A DNA stretch of 63,793 bases, the filler included, from Chiloscyllium plagiosum (lineage: Eukaryota), in NCBI RefSeq assembly GCF_004010195.1. It is 4 parts of one record of this genome, joined end to end, with 100 filler letters (N's around TTAATTAATTAA, not from the genome) between each part and the next. Parts side by side here need not be neighbours in the genome. Positions count along the whole stretch, not along the records: positions 1 to 23,136 come from NC_057713.1; 3 more parts are not named here. One strand, given 5' to 3'. Positions within the stretch are counted from its first letter, which is position 1. Each line of letters opens with the position of its first letter. The translations under genes were made by a program, and so were the position numbers. Under the pieces are notes generated by a model that was not told the DNA's origin, ran no database searches, and was given only the letters and a program-made list of their open reading frames with translations. This document shows, in pieces, positions 1 to 10,805 of this stretch.

Positions 1-545
1 GAAAAGACCGTTGGCGTCGAGGTAAGTTCTTAAATATCAATCACTTACCTTCCCGACTAGCTCTGCGCTCCAACTTCACTTCTGCCCAGCTCGCGCCGCT
101 CTCTGCTGCGAAAAGACCGTTGGCGTCGAGGTAAGTTCTTAAATATCAATCACTTACCTTCCCGACTAGCTCTGCGCTCCAACTTCACTTCTGCCCAGCT
201 CGCGCCGCTCTCTGCTGCGAAAAGACCGTTGGCGTCGAGGTAAGTTCTTAAATATCAATCACTTACCTTCCCGACTAGCTCTGCGCTCCAACTTCACTTC
301 TGCCCAGCTCGCGCCGCTCTCTGCTGCGAAAAGACCGTTGGCGTCGAGGTAAGTTCTTAAATATCAAAAATATACCTTCCCGACTAGCTCTGCGCTCCAA
401 CTTCACTTCTGCCCAGCTCGCGCCGCTCTCTGCTGCGAAAAGACCGTTGGCGTCGAGGTAAGTTCTTAAATATCAATCACTTACCTTCCTGACTAGCTCT
501 GCACTCCAACTTCACTTCCGCCCAGCTCGCGCCGTTCTCTGCTGA
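1..545. repeat. 109-bp CpG-rich tandem repeat, 5 copies (probably continues left of window)
   Basis: GAAAAGACCG unit start recurs at 1, 110, 219, 328, 437; copies near-identical, no spacers. Confidence 0.97.
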
Positions 546-1336
546 TCCCAGAGTTGAGGGGGTTGGCTTATGAGGAGAGACTGAGTAGACTGGGATTATA
601 TTCATTGGAATTCAGAAGAATGGTGGGGGATCTTATAGAAACGTATGGCGACATGGTGGCTCAGTGGTTAGCACTGCTGCCTCACAGCACCAGGGACCCA
701 AGTTTGATTCCAGACTCAGGCAAATGTCTGTGTGGAGTTTGCACGGTTCTCCTCGTGTCTGTGGGTTTCCTCCGGGTGCTCCAGTTTCCCCCCACAATCC
801 AAAGATGTGCAGATCAGGTGAATTGACCATGTTAAATTGTCCATAGTGTAGGTTGTTAGTCAGAGGTAAATGTACGGGAATGGGTCTGGGTGGGTTACTC
901 TTCAGAGGGTCAGTATGGATTTGTTGGACCAAAGATCCTGTTTCCACACTGTAGGGATTCTAATTCTAATTCAAAATTATGAAGGGAATAGATCAGAGAG
1001 GATGTTTCCACTGGCAGGTGAAACTAGTACAAGAGTGCATAGCCTCAAGATTAGAGGGATCAGAAGTCGGACTGAATTGAGAAGGGACTTCTTCACCCAG
1101 AGGGTTGTAAATCAATGGAATTCCTTGTCCAGTGAAGAGTTGACGCTATTTCAGTAAATGTTCTTCAAGCGAAGATAGATTTTTTTGAATAATAAAGGAA
1201 TTAAGGGTTACAGTGAGAGGGTGGGTAAAGTGGAGCTGAGTCCACAAAAAAATCAGCCATGATCTAATTGAATGGTGGAGCAGACTTGAAGGGCCAGATG
1301 GCTTACTCCTGCTCCTAGTTCTTATGTTCTTATGTT
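546..1336 (+). mobile_element. CR1-clade LINE 3' fragment interrupted by a SINE
   Basis: ORF2 C-terminal motif LAYEERLSRLGLYSLEFRR...GDLIETY; (TTCTTATG)n 3' tail at ~1319-1336. Confidence 0.9.
647..972 (+). mobile_element. HE1-like tRNA-derived SINE
   Basis: A-box-like TGGCTCAGTGG head, TGTGTGGAGTTTGCA...GGGTTTCCTCCGGGTGCTCC core, CR1-like 3' end, (ATTCTA)n tail. Confidence 0.9.
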
Positions 1337-1734
1337 ATTGCCCATCCCAAGTTGCCTGGAGAAGATGGTGGTGAATAGGTAAAACCACAATGTTGTTGGA
1401 TAGGAAATTCCAATGCTAAGGATTCCCATTGGGAGAAAGACAATTATGATGTGATTAGGCAAGATTTAGGATGCATAGCATGGGCAAGGAAACTGCAAGG
1501 GATAGGCACAATTAAAATGCGGAGCTTGTTCAAGGAACAGCTACTGCATGTCTTTGCTCAGTATGTACCTGTCAGGCAGGGAGGAAGTGGTTGAGTGAGG
1601 GAACCGTGGTTTACTAAAGAATCTCTTGTCAAGAGGAAGAAGGAGGCTTATGTAAAAATGGGACATGAAGACTCAGTTAGGGTGCTTGAGTGTTACTAGT
1701 TAGCCAGAATGGGCCTAAAGAGAGAGCAAAGAAG

Positions 1735-4212
1735 GGTGCAGTTACATTGGTGGGGCTGTATTACAGGCCTCCCAACAGTGAGTGTGAAGTAGAAGAACAA
1801 ATAGGTAAACAGACTATGGAAAGATGTAGATGCAACAGGGTGGTGGTGATGAGAGATTTAAATTTTTCCAACATTGTCAGGGATACACTTAGTGTCAGAG
1901 GTCTGGATGGGGCAGAATTTGTAAGGAGCATCCAGGAAAGTTTTCTAGAGCAGTATGTCAATAGTCCGACAAGGGAAGGGGCCATATTGGACCTGGTGTT
2001 GGGGAATAAGCCAGGCCAGGTGGTAGAAGTTGCAGTTAGGGATTTCTTTGGGAATAGTGACCACAATTCTGTAAGTTTTAGAATATTCGTAGACAAAGAT
2101 GAGAGTAGCCCTAAGGGACGAGTATTAAACTGGGCCAAGGCCAATTATATTAAAATTAGACGGGAGCTGGCAAATGTGGATTGGAAACAGCTATGTGAAG
2201 GAAAATCCAAATTTGATATGTGGGAGGCTTTCAAAGATAGGTTGAAGATAACGCAGGTTAGGCATATCCCTTTGAAAACAAGGGATAAGAAAGGCAAAAT
2301 TCATGAACCGTGGATGACAGGAGAAATCGTGCGACTAGCCAAGAGGAAAAGGGAAGGATATATAAGGTCCAGGCAGCTAAGAACAGAACAGGCCTTGGAG
2401 GGATATCGGGAGTGGAGGACCAATCTTAAACGAGGAATCAAGCAGACTAAAATGGGTCATGAAATAACTTTAGCGAGCAGAAGCAAGAGGGTAAACAGAG
2501 AAAGGATTGGTCCACTAAAGGATAAGGAAGGAAGGTTGTGTGTTGAACCTGAGAAAATGGATGAGATTCTCAATGATTACTTTGCATCAATGTACATGGA
2601 GGAATGGGAGGTGATGGATGCTAAGATTAGAGATAGAAGTTTGTTTACTCTGGATGACGTAGACACAAGGAGGGAAGATGTGTTGGGTAAGTTAAAGGAT
2701 ATTAAGGTGGACAAATCCCCAGGACCGGATGGGATCTATCCCAGGTTGCTGAGGGAGGTGAGAGAGAAAATAGCTGGGTCCCTGACAGATATCTGTGTAG
2801 CATCCTTAAAAACAGGTAAGGTGCTGGAGGTTGCTCATGTTGTTCCCCTGTACAAGAAGGGTAGTAGGGATATTCCAGGTAACTACAGACCAGTGAGCCT
2901 GACATCAGTGGTGGGAAAGTTGCTGGAGAAGGTACTGAGGGATATAATCTATTTATATTTGGAAAAGAATGGGCTTATCAGTGTTGGCAACATGATTTTG
3001 TGCAGGGTAGATCATGCTTTACCAACTTAATAGAGTTCTTTGAGGAAGTGACCAAGTTGGTAGATGAAGATGTAGATGTCATATGCATAAACTTTAGTAA
3101 GGCGTTTGATAAGGTTCCCCATGGTAAACTAATGGAGAAAGTGTAGTCACATGGTGTGCAGGATGTTCTAGCTAGGTGGATAAAGAACTGGTTGAGTAAC
3201 AGGAGACAGAGAATAGTAGTTGAAGGAAGTTTCTCAAAAGGGATCCATGCTGGGGTCACTGTTGTTTGTCATATACATCAATGAAGGCATTGATGGTCTG
3301 ATCAGTAAGTTTGCAGATGACACAAAAATTGGTGGAGTAGCAGAAAGCATAGGGGACTATCAAAGAATACAGGAGAATATAGATAGACTAGAGAGTTGGG
3401 CGGAGAAGGGGCAGATGGAGCTCAATCCAGGCAAATGTGAGGTGATGCATTTTGGGAGTCTAATTCAAGAGTGAACTATACTTTAAACGGAAGAGTCTTG
3501 GGAAAAGTTGATAGCAGAGAGATCTGGGAGTTCAGGTCCATTGTACCCTGAAGGTGGCTGCACAGATGGATAGAGTGGTCAAGAAGGCACATGGTATGCT
3601 TGCCTTCATCGGATGGGGTATTGAGTATAAGAGCTGGCAGGTCATGTTAAAATTGTACAAGACATTGGTTCAGCCACATTTAGAATACTGTGTCCAGTCT
3701 GGTTGCCACATTACCAAAAGGATGTGAACGTTTTGGAGAGGGTGCAGAGAAGGTTTACAAGGATGGAAGGTGCTAGCTATGAAGAGAGGTTGAGTAGGTT
3801 TGGATTGTTTTCATTAGAAAAAAGGAGATTGAGGGGGGACCTGAATGAGGTCTACAAAATCATGAAGTGTATTGACAGGGTAGATAGAGATAAGATTTTT
3901 CACGATGTGAAGGATTCAATAACGAGAGGTCATGCATTCAAGCTGAGATGTGGAAAGTTTAAGGGGAATATATGTGACAAGTAATTTACACAGAGGGTGG
4001 TAGGTGCCTGCAATGCGTTGCGAGCAGAAGTAGCAGAGGCATGCATGGTAGATTCATTTAAGGTATGTCTGCACAAATGCATGAGTACGTGGGGAGCAGA
4101 GGGATACAGATGCTTAGGAATTGGGCAATAGGTTTAGACAGTGGATTTGGATCAGCTCAAACTTGAAGGATTGCAGGGCCTGTTCCTGGGCTGTAAATTT
4201 TCTTTGTTCTAT
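1735..4212 (+). mobile_element. Nested 5'-truncated CR1 LINE (EN C-terminus plus RT, frameshifted)
   Basis: YYRPPN, TREGAILDLVL, SDHNSV (APE endonuclease), KSPGPDGIYPRLL, NYRPVSLTS, KFADDTK; TTGTTCTAT tail; GAAG at both junctions. Confidence 0.92.
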
Positions 4213-4668
4213 GAAGAACCAGGAGGGAACATGAGAAGTCTTTGGCAGGTAAGATCAAAGAAAACCCTAAAGCTTTCTATAGGTATGTCAGGAATAAAAC
4301 AACGACTACAGTAAGATTAGAGCCTGTCAAGGACAGTAGTGGGAAGTTGTGCGCGGAGCCCGAAGAGATAGGAAGTGCTAAATGAATATTTTCCATCAGT
4401 ATTCACACAGGAAAAAGACAGTGTTGTCGAGTAGAATATTGAGATACAGGCTATTAGATGAGATACGATTAAGTTTCATAAGGAGGAGATGTTAGCAATT
4501 TTGGAGAGTGTGAAAATAGATAAGTCCCCTGTACCAGATGAAATTTATCCCAGAACTCTCTGGGAAGCTAGGGACGAGATTGCAGAGCCTTTGGCTTTGA
4601 TATTTATGTCATCATTGTCTACAGGAATAGTGCCAGAAGATTGGAGGATAGCAAATCCTCCACCTTTG

Positions 4669-4995
4669 TGGGTGGCACGGTGGCACAGTGGTTAGCACTG
4701 TGGTTAGCACTGCTGCCTCGCAGCGCCAGAGATCCGGGTTCAATACCCGCCTCAGGCGACTGACTGTGTGGAGTTTGCATGTTCTCCCCGTGTCTGCGTG
4801 GGTTTCCTCCAGGTGCTCCGGTTTCCTCCCACAGTCCAAAGATGTGCAGGTCAGGTGAATTGGCCATGTTAAATTGTCCGTAGTGTTAGGTAAGGGGTAA
4901 ATGTCGGGGTATGGGTGGGTTACGCTTCGGCGGGTCGGTGTGGACTTGTTGGGCCGAAGGGCCTGTTTCCACACTGTAAAGTAATCTAATCTAAT
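4669..4995 (+). mobile_element. HE1-like SINE with head duplication
   Basis: SINE head/core/(AATCT)n tail; CAAAT direct repeat at 4652-4656 and 4996-5000. Confidence 0.93.
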
Positions 4996-6301
4996 CAAAT
5001 GTTGTCCCCTTGTTCAAGGAGGGGAGTCAAGACAACCCTGGTAATTATAGACCAGTGAGCCTTGCTTCGGTTGTGGGTAAAGTGTTGGGAAAAATTATAA
5101 GAGATAGGATTTATAATCATCTGGAAAGGAATAAGGTGATTAGGGATAGTCAACACAGTTTTGTGAAGCGGGCGATGAAGGCATAGAACAATGGGTTAGT
5201 AAATTTGCAGATGACACTAAAGTCGGTGGAGTTGTGGACAATGCGGGAGGATGTTGTAGGTTACAGAGGGACATAGCTAAGCTGCAGAGTTGGGCTGAGA
5301 AGTGGCAAATGGAGTTTAATGCAGAAAAGTGTGAGGTGATTCACTTTGAAAGGAGTAACAGGAATACAGAGTACTGCGCTAATGATAAGACTCTCAGTAG
5401 TGTGATTGAGCTGAGACATCTCGGTGTCCATGTACATAGATCCCTGAAAGTTGCCATAGAAGTTGATGGGGTTGTTATTGGTAGAGGGATTGAGTTTTGG
5501 AGCCAGTAGGTCATGTTGCAGCTGTACAAAACTCTGGTGCAGACGCACTTGTCGTATTGTGTACAGTTCTGGGCTCTGCATTATAGGAAGTACATGGAAG
5601 GTTTGGAAAGGGTGCAGGGGAAATTTACTAGGATGTTGCCTGGCATGGAGGGAAGGTTTATGAGGAAAGGCTGAGGGACTTGAGGAAAATTTTCATTGGA
5701 GAGAAGAAGGTTAAGAGGTGACTTAATACAGACATACAAGATGATCAGAGGATGAGATAGAGTGGACAGTAAGAACCTTTTTCCTCTGATGGTGATGGTT
5801 AGCACAAAGGGACATAGCTTTAAATTGAGGGGTGACAGATAAAGGTCAGATGTCAGAGGTAGGTTCTTTACTCAGAATAATAGGGGCATGGAATGCCCTG
5901 CCTGCAACAATAGCAGATTTGCCAACTTTAAGGAAATTTAAATGGTGATCGGATAAATAAATTGGATAAATATATGGCTGATAATGGAATAGTGCAGGTT
6001 AGATGGGTTTCAGATTGGTTTCACAGGTTGGTGCAACATCGAGGGCCGAAGTGCCTGTAGTGTGCTATATTGTTCATTGTTCTATTATACCTGCATTCTT
6101 GTAATTGTAGCTAGAATGTTATTTTCTCACCCAGCTAGTGATAAACAGTAAATATTTATTTACAAATATGAGAATGTATTTATGATGAATTTTCACCTAT
6201 ACTATCTATGTGCTAATAGAATGGCTCCTTCCTTTCCTTTTATTCCCTCTAATCCTGGAGTCTGCAGCTAGGATGAAGGGAGCATGCCCTACAGCAGAGC
6301 C

Positions 6302-6750
6302 TGTTAGTCTTGAAGTTTTGATAGGTGACTGTTTTAAAAAATTCTCAAGGTCAGGTTCGTAGGAGAGTAGTCTGACACAGAACAAACGACCAAGAGGCGA
6401 GTCTGCTAGAATATGGGCATTTTATTCCCCGCAGCGTCGCCAGAACGGGTCTGGCTTATACTCACTCTACATGTTACCAAAACTGGGAGCCGTCAGTTCT
6501 CGTAGAGCGGTTGCCAACAACCCACGCTCGGCGGTTAAACGTAACCCCGGAGCAGACTCACCGAACTGGAGACTTTTCCAGCTGATATACTCTTTTCCAG
6601 ATATAAACATTCATGTGAACAGCAGAGCAAGGCTAAAAAACACATTCCATTCTGGTTACATACAGATAAGAAGATTCACACGGGACTAAGCAACACCTCC
6701 ATTCCGGTTAGATTCACACATGTATTGGGACATAATTTTTAACCGTTTCA
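6302..6750 (-). mobile_element. Probable solo LTR (left boundary uncertain)
   Basis: Minus strand starts TGAAACGG at 6750; TATAAG (~6456) followed by AATAAA (~6422); CpG-richer than flanks; no TSD found. Confidence 0.45.
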
Positions 6751-6880
6751 CCACATTCCACTGCTTGGAATTTTACACCACAGTGACTCTGGGGGTGCTT
6801 GGATTGACAAGACAGGCTGAGTGTGTTGTGCCCAGAGGCAAATGCACACCTCTCAGCTTGAATACCCACAGGGCTGAAGG

Positions 6881-7190
6881 TTTAGATTACATTACAGTGT
6901 GGAAACAGGCCCTTCGGCCCAACAAGCCCACACCGACCCACCGAAGCGCAACCCACCCACACCCCTACATTTACCCATTACCTAACACTACGGGCAATTT
7001 AGCATGGCCAATTCACCTGACCTGCACATCTTTGGATTGTGGGAGGAAACCGGAGCACCTGGAGGAAACCCACGCAGACACGGGGAGAATGTGCAAACTC
7101 CACACAGTCAGTCGCCTGAGGCGGGAATTGAACCCGGGTCTCAGGCGCTGTGAGGCAGCAGTGCTAACCACTGTGCCACCGTGCCGCCCA
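6881..7190 (-). mobile_element. HE1-like SINE, full length
   Basis: Reverse complement of the SINEs at 4669 and 23889. Confidence 0.93.
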
Positions 7191-7434
7191 CAAAATAGGT
7201 TGCAGACAAAGTGGAGATGGAAGGCCAACAATGACTAGAGTGCCCTTATGGAAACTTCAGGAAGGGTCTATTTGCTCTGCTGCTGGCTTGGTGCCCCCTG
7301 ACACTGCTGTGTCTTCTTGTGATGAACCAACTCTTTTGAGAGATCAAGGAACCTCATCTCCCTGTTTTTGTTCTGTTGGTGTTGATTGCCAATGGCTAGA
7401 ACAATAGATTGTAGGTCTGTGTGTATATACATGT

Positions 7435-8990
7435 CCTCCTACCTATTTTAGCATCACCAGCAAATTTAGATGTATTACACTCTGCTCCCTCCTCCAAGTC
7501 ATTAATATAGATAACAAATAATTGAAACTCTATGACTACTTCTTGTGTCACTTCCCTAGTTATGTATTTCCAACCTGAAAAAGATCCTTTAATTCCAACT
7601 CCCTCTCTTCTGTCAGGTAACCAATCCTCAAGCTATGCTAACATATTGCCCCCATCACCAGGAGCTCCTATTTTCTGAAATAGCCTTTATTTGTCAACTT
7701 ATCAAATGCCTTCTGGAAATCCAAATACTGCCTTCTGCCAGTTCACTTTTATCAATCTGTTTAAGATCAAAAGCTTTAAGAAATTACTCAAATGTAATTT
7801 CCATATCACAAAACCATGTTGTATTGTGTTACAGTTTTCTAAATGTCCTGCTACTTCTTCCTTATTAATGAACTGTAGTATTTTTCCAAAAACAGATGTT
7901 AGGTTAAGTGGCTTGCCTGCTTTCTGTGTTCTTTGCTACTTGAACAGGGCTATGACATTAGCATTTTTCCAATTCATTGAAGCTGTCCCAAAATCCAATC
8001 AGTTTCAGCAGCCATTTATGTTAATACTCTTTGATGCAGGCCATCAGTTCCTGGACAAGTTTCTGCCTTCAGGCCCATTAGTTTGTCAAATACTATGCCC
8101 CTCATGATAGAGACTGTTGCAAATCTTGTTGATATCTTTGAGGTATTTACATGTCCTTCACCATGAATACTGATGCACAATATTAGTTTAAATTATCTGT
8201 CATTTCCCTGCTCCCTCTTTTCGTAATCAATTTTTGCCATCCGTATTAGCTTTTTAGACAGACACTGCTGGTTTCGAAAAAAAAAACTTTGGTCTACAAC
8301 GAGTGTTTTGCTTCTTTATATGCTTTAGTTTTTGTTTGGATACTCTTCCTGACAACTGTTGGTTCATCCTTCTCATAGTCTTTTTTTTGACTGGAATAAA
8401 TTTTTGTGCAGTCAATATGCAGATTAAAATCACCAATGACAATTGAAGTGCCCTACTTACGCATCTCCATTATTTCCTGTTTTATATTTTGTCCTATAGT
8501 GAAGCACTCTTCCGTGTTTCCACCCAAACTCATTGCACATCATTATTTATTGCATGGTATATCACTATACATCAATGTAATGACATTTTCCTTTATTACC
8601 ATCGCTGTTCCTCCTCCTGTTCCTTTTGCCAATTTTTCTGGAAGATGAACATAGAACATAGAACATAGAAGAATACAGCGCAGTACAGGCCCTTCGGCCC
8701 TCGATGTTGCGCCGATCCAAGCCCACCTAACCTATACTAGCCCACTATCCTCCATATGCCTATCCAATGCCCGCTTAAATGCCCATAATGAGGGAGAGTC
8801 CACCACTGCTACTGGCAGGGCATTCCATGAAATGTCCTTGAATATTGAGTTTCCAGTCTTGGTCACCCTGTAGCCATATCTCTGTAATAGGTATCAAGTT
8901 GTGTTCATTTATTTCTATTTGTGCCATCAACTAATCTATCATGTTGCAAATGCTGTATATATTACTACATATCTCTTTGTTCCCCTCACT
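7435..8990 (-). mobile_element. Old, highly decayed CR1-like LINE
   Basis: Remnants such as GCATCACCAGCAAATTT (KFA.D on minus strand) and ATCAAATGCCTTCTGGAAATCCA (DFQKAFD). Confidence 0.7.
8647..8832 (-). mobile_element. Young CR1 3'-end fragment
   Basis: (GAACATA)n tail and ACAGGCCCTTCGGCCC 3'UTR motif; CpGs intact. Confidence 0.85.
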
Positions 8991-9379
8991 TAAATACTGT
9001 GCTTTGTACCATGGTGCTTTGGTCAGCTTGCTGATTCTCCTTGCAATCTGTGTCCTTGTCCAGACTGGGAGCAAGAGCCTCAAATTTTGGCAATGACATT
9101 TATTGTCTGAGGCTCCTCCAAAGCTAAATTCTGGATCCCAAGAGATCCAGAAGAGATATGTACCAATCACATGTTTTCCTGCGATGTCATACTTTGGTTC
9201 TGATAGGTAGAAACATGTTGAAGGGGTTTTGTAGTGAAACAAGAACTCAAACTTGGGAAAAGTTACGACCCATGGGCTGTTGGGTGTATCTAGCTTTTTT
9301 GGTGAAACAAGAGTCCAGGTCTGGCATCCCTCTCTGTTATCAGAAAAAAACCCAGAAGAGAATCAAAGAATCTCTATGA

Positions 9380-9680
9380 TGTGAAGGCAGGCCATTTGGC
9401 CCATTGAATCTATATTGACCCTGCTGAAGAGCATCCTACCCAGACCCAATCCATCTCTGTAACCCTGCATTTCCATGGCTAAGCCACTTAGCCTACACAT
9501 CCCTAGCCATTTTTTGCATGGCCAATTCACTTAACCTGCACATCTTTTTTATATCCAGAGAAAAAAAACGCAGGCATGGAGAGAATGTGCAAACTCCACA
9601 CAAATATTCACCCAAGGATAGAATAGGTCTCTGGTGCTTTGAGGCAGCAGTGCTAACCATTAAGCCTCAATGCTATCTAA
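9380..9680 (-). mobile_element. Decayed HE1-like SINE
   Basis: GGCCAATTCAC, GAATGTGCAAACTCCACAC, GAGGCAGCAGTGCTAACCA motifs. Confidence 0.75.
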
Positions 9681-10329
9681 AGACTTCAAAACAATGGTCA
9701 TCTCCTAGATTTACAAAGGAATCACAGGACAGTAAAATGATAACACTCCCATGTGAATGATGCTAAAACCAAGAGCAAATAACTCCTTTCCCATGACGTC
9801 ACATTAAAACAAGATTAAAAGAAGTTATCTGCTTATCTCCACCTCTCCCCCTCATAGTTCCTGTGTTTGCACCCTGATGGTGATTTACTATTCAAGCATT
9901 ATAGTTGGAATTTTACCATGATTGGATAAATGGAATCATACGTATTAGAGGTGATTGGTATATTGATGTAATGTATTGCCATGTAAAATAATTATAAAAA
10001 GTTAAAGTTTTGTAAAAGCGCTTTTAGATCCAAATGTTTTACAATGGGAAGAGAATGCTTTCCTTGCATATGCACGAATAAACATCCAAGTGCATCTGTC
10101 CAGTTTTGTGGGTCAACGTGAACAAAACTAACTTGTCCTTTCAATAGGATATTTCCACCTTGTAACCCTGCTTATATCCCTTCAGTCTTATTCTGTTCGT
10201 TAATACCAAGTTAAAGTTGAAGATATTACAACCATGCACTTCTTGTTTTTCATCCCATCAAAGCCCTCTTCCCTCACGTTAATTAACAATTTTTGACTTT
10301 TTGGTTTAAGATTTTTTTAAAAAATTGAT

Positions 10330-10740
10330 TCATAGGATGTAGGATTTATTACCCTTGAGAAGATGGTGGTGGTTGTTCTTTTAAACCGCTGCAGTCTGTA
10401 TGTCATATGTAGACCCAAATGCCATTACAAAGTTAGTTCCAGAAATCTGACCCAGCAATATTGAAGAAGCCGCAATATATTTCCAATTCTGGATGGTAAG
10501 TGCTGCCATTGTTCTTCTAGATGGTAGTGGACATGAGTTTTGAAGGTGCTACATAAAGAGACTTAGTGAATTTCTGCATTACACCACATAAATTATATTT
10601 TAAAAGACAATTTTCTACTCAACCTGCTCAGGTTATTACCTTTGGAACATGTTTACTGCTACTGAACGTTGGTGGTGGAGGGTGTGAATATTTGTGGATG
10701 TGATGCCTGACAAGCTGGCTGCTTTGTCTTGGATCATGTC
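10330..10740 (-). mobile_element. Old LINE 3' fragment, same family as 60620-62200
   Basis: CCCTTGAGAAGATGGTGG...GACCCAGC...ATATTTCCA match the reverse complement of 61900-62150. Confidence 0.6.
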
Positions 10741-10805
10741 AAAGAATAGAATCCCTACAGTGTGGAAACAGGCTATTCAGCCCAACAAGTCCACACCAAC
10801 CTTCC

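Larger units (their letters stand above)
1421..6085 (+). mobile_element. Host CR1 LINE (ORF2 part; segments 1421-1734, 4213-4656, 4996-6085) split by a nested CR1 and a SINE
   Basis: Sequence resumes across insertions; KSP.PDEIYPR, PEDWRIANV, FADDTK motifs; similar to the minus-strand copy at 44385-48390. Confidence 0.85.

Noticed and set aside
1..545. CRISPR-like array
   Set aside because: Whole 109-bp units are identical, with no unique spacers or cas genes; vertebrate DNA
647..720. tRNA genes at SINE heads
   Set aside because: A/B-box-like heads continue into SINE body and tail; no complete cloverleaf
1690..3030. 446-aa ORF as an active or domesticated gene
   Set aside because: Chimeric start, truncated endonuclease, frameshift before the RT core
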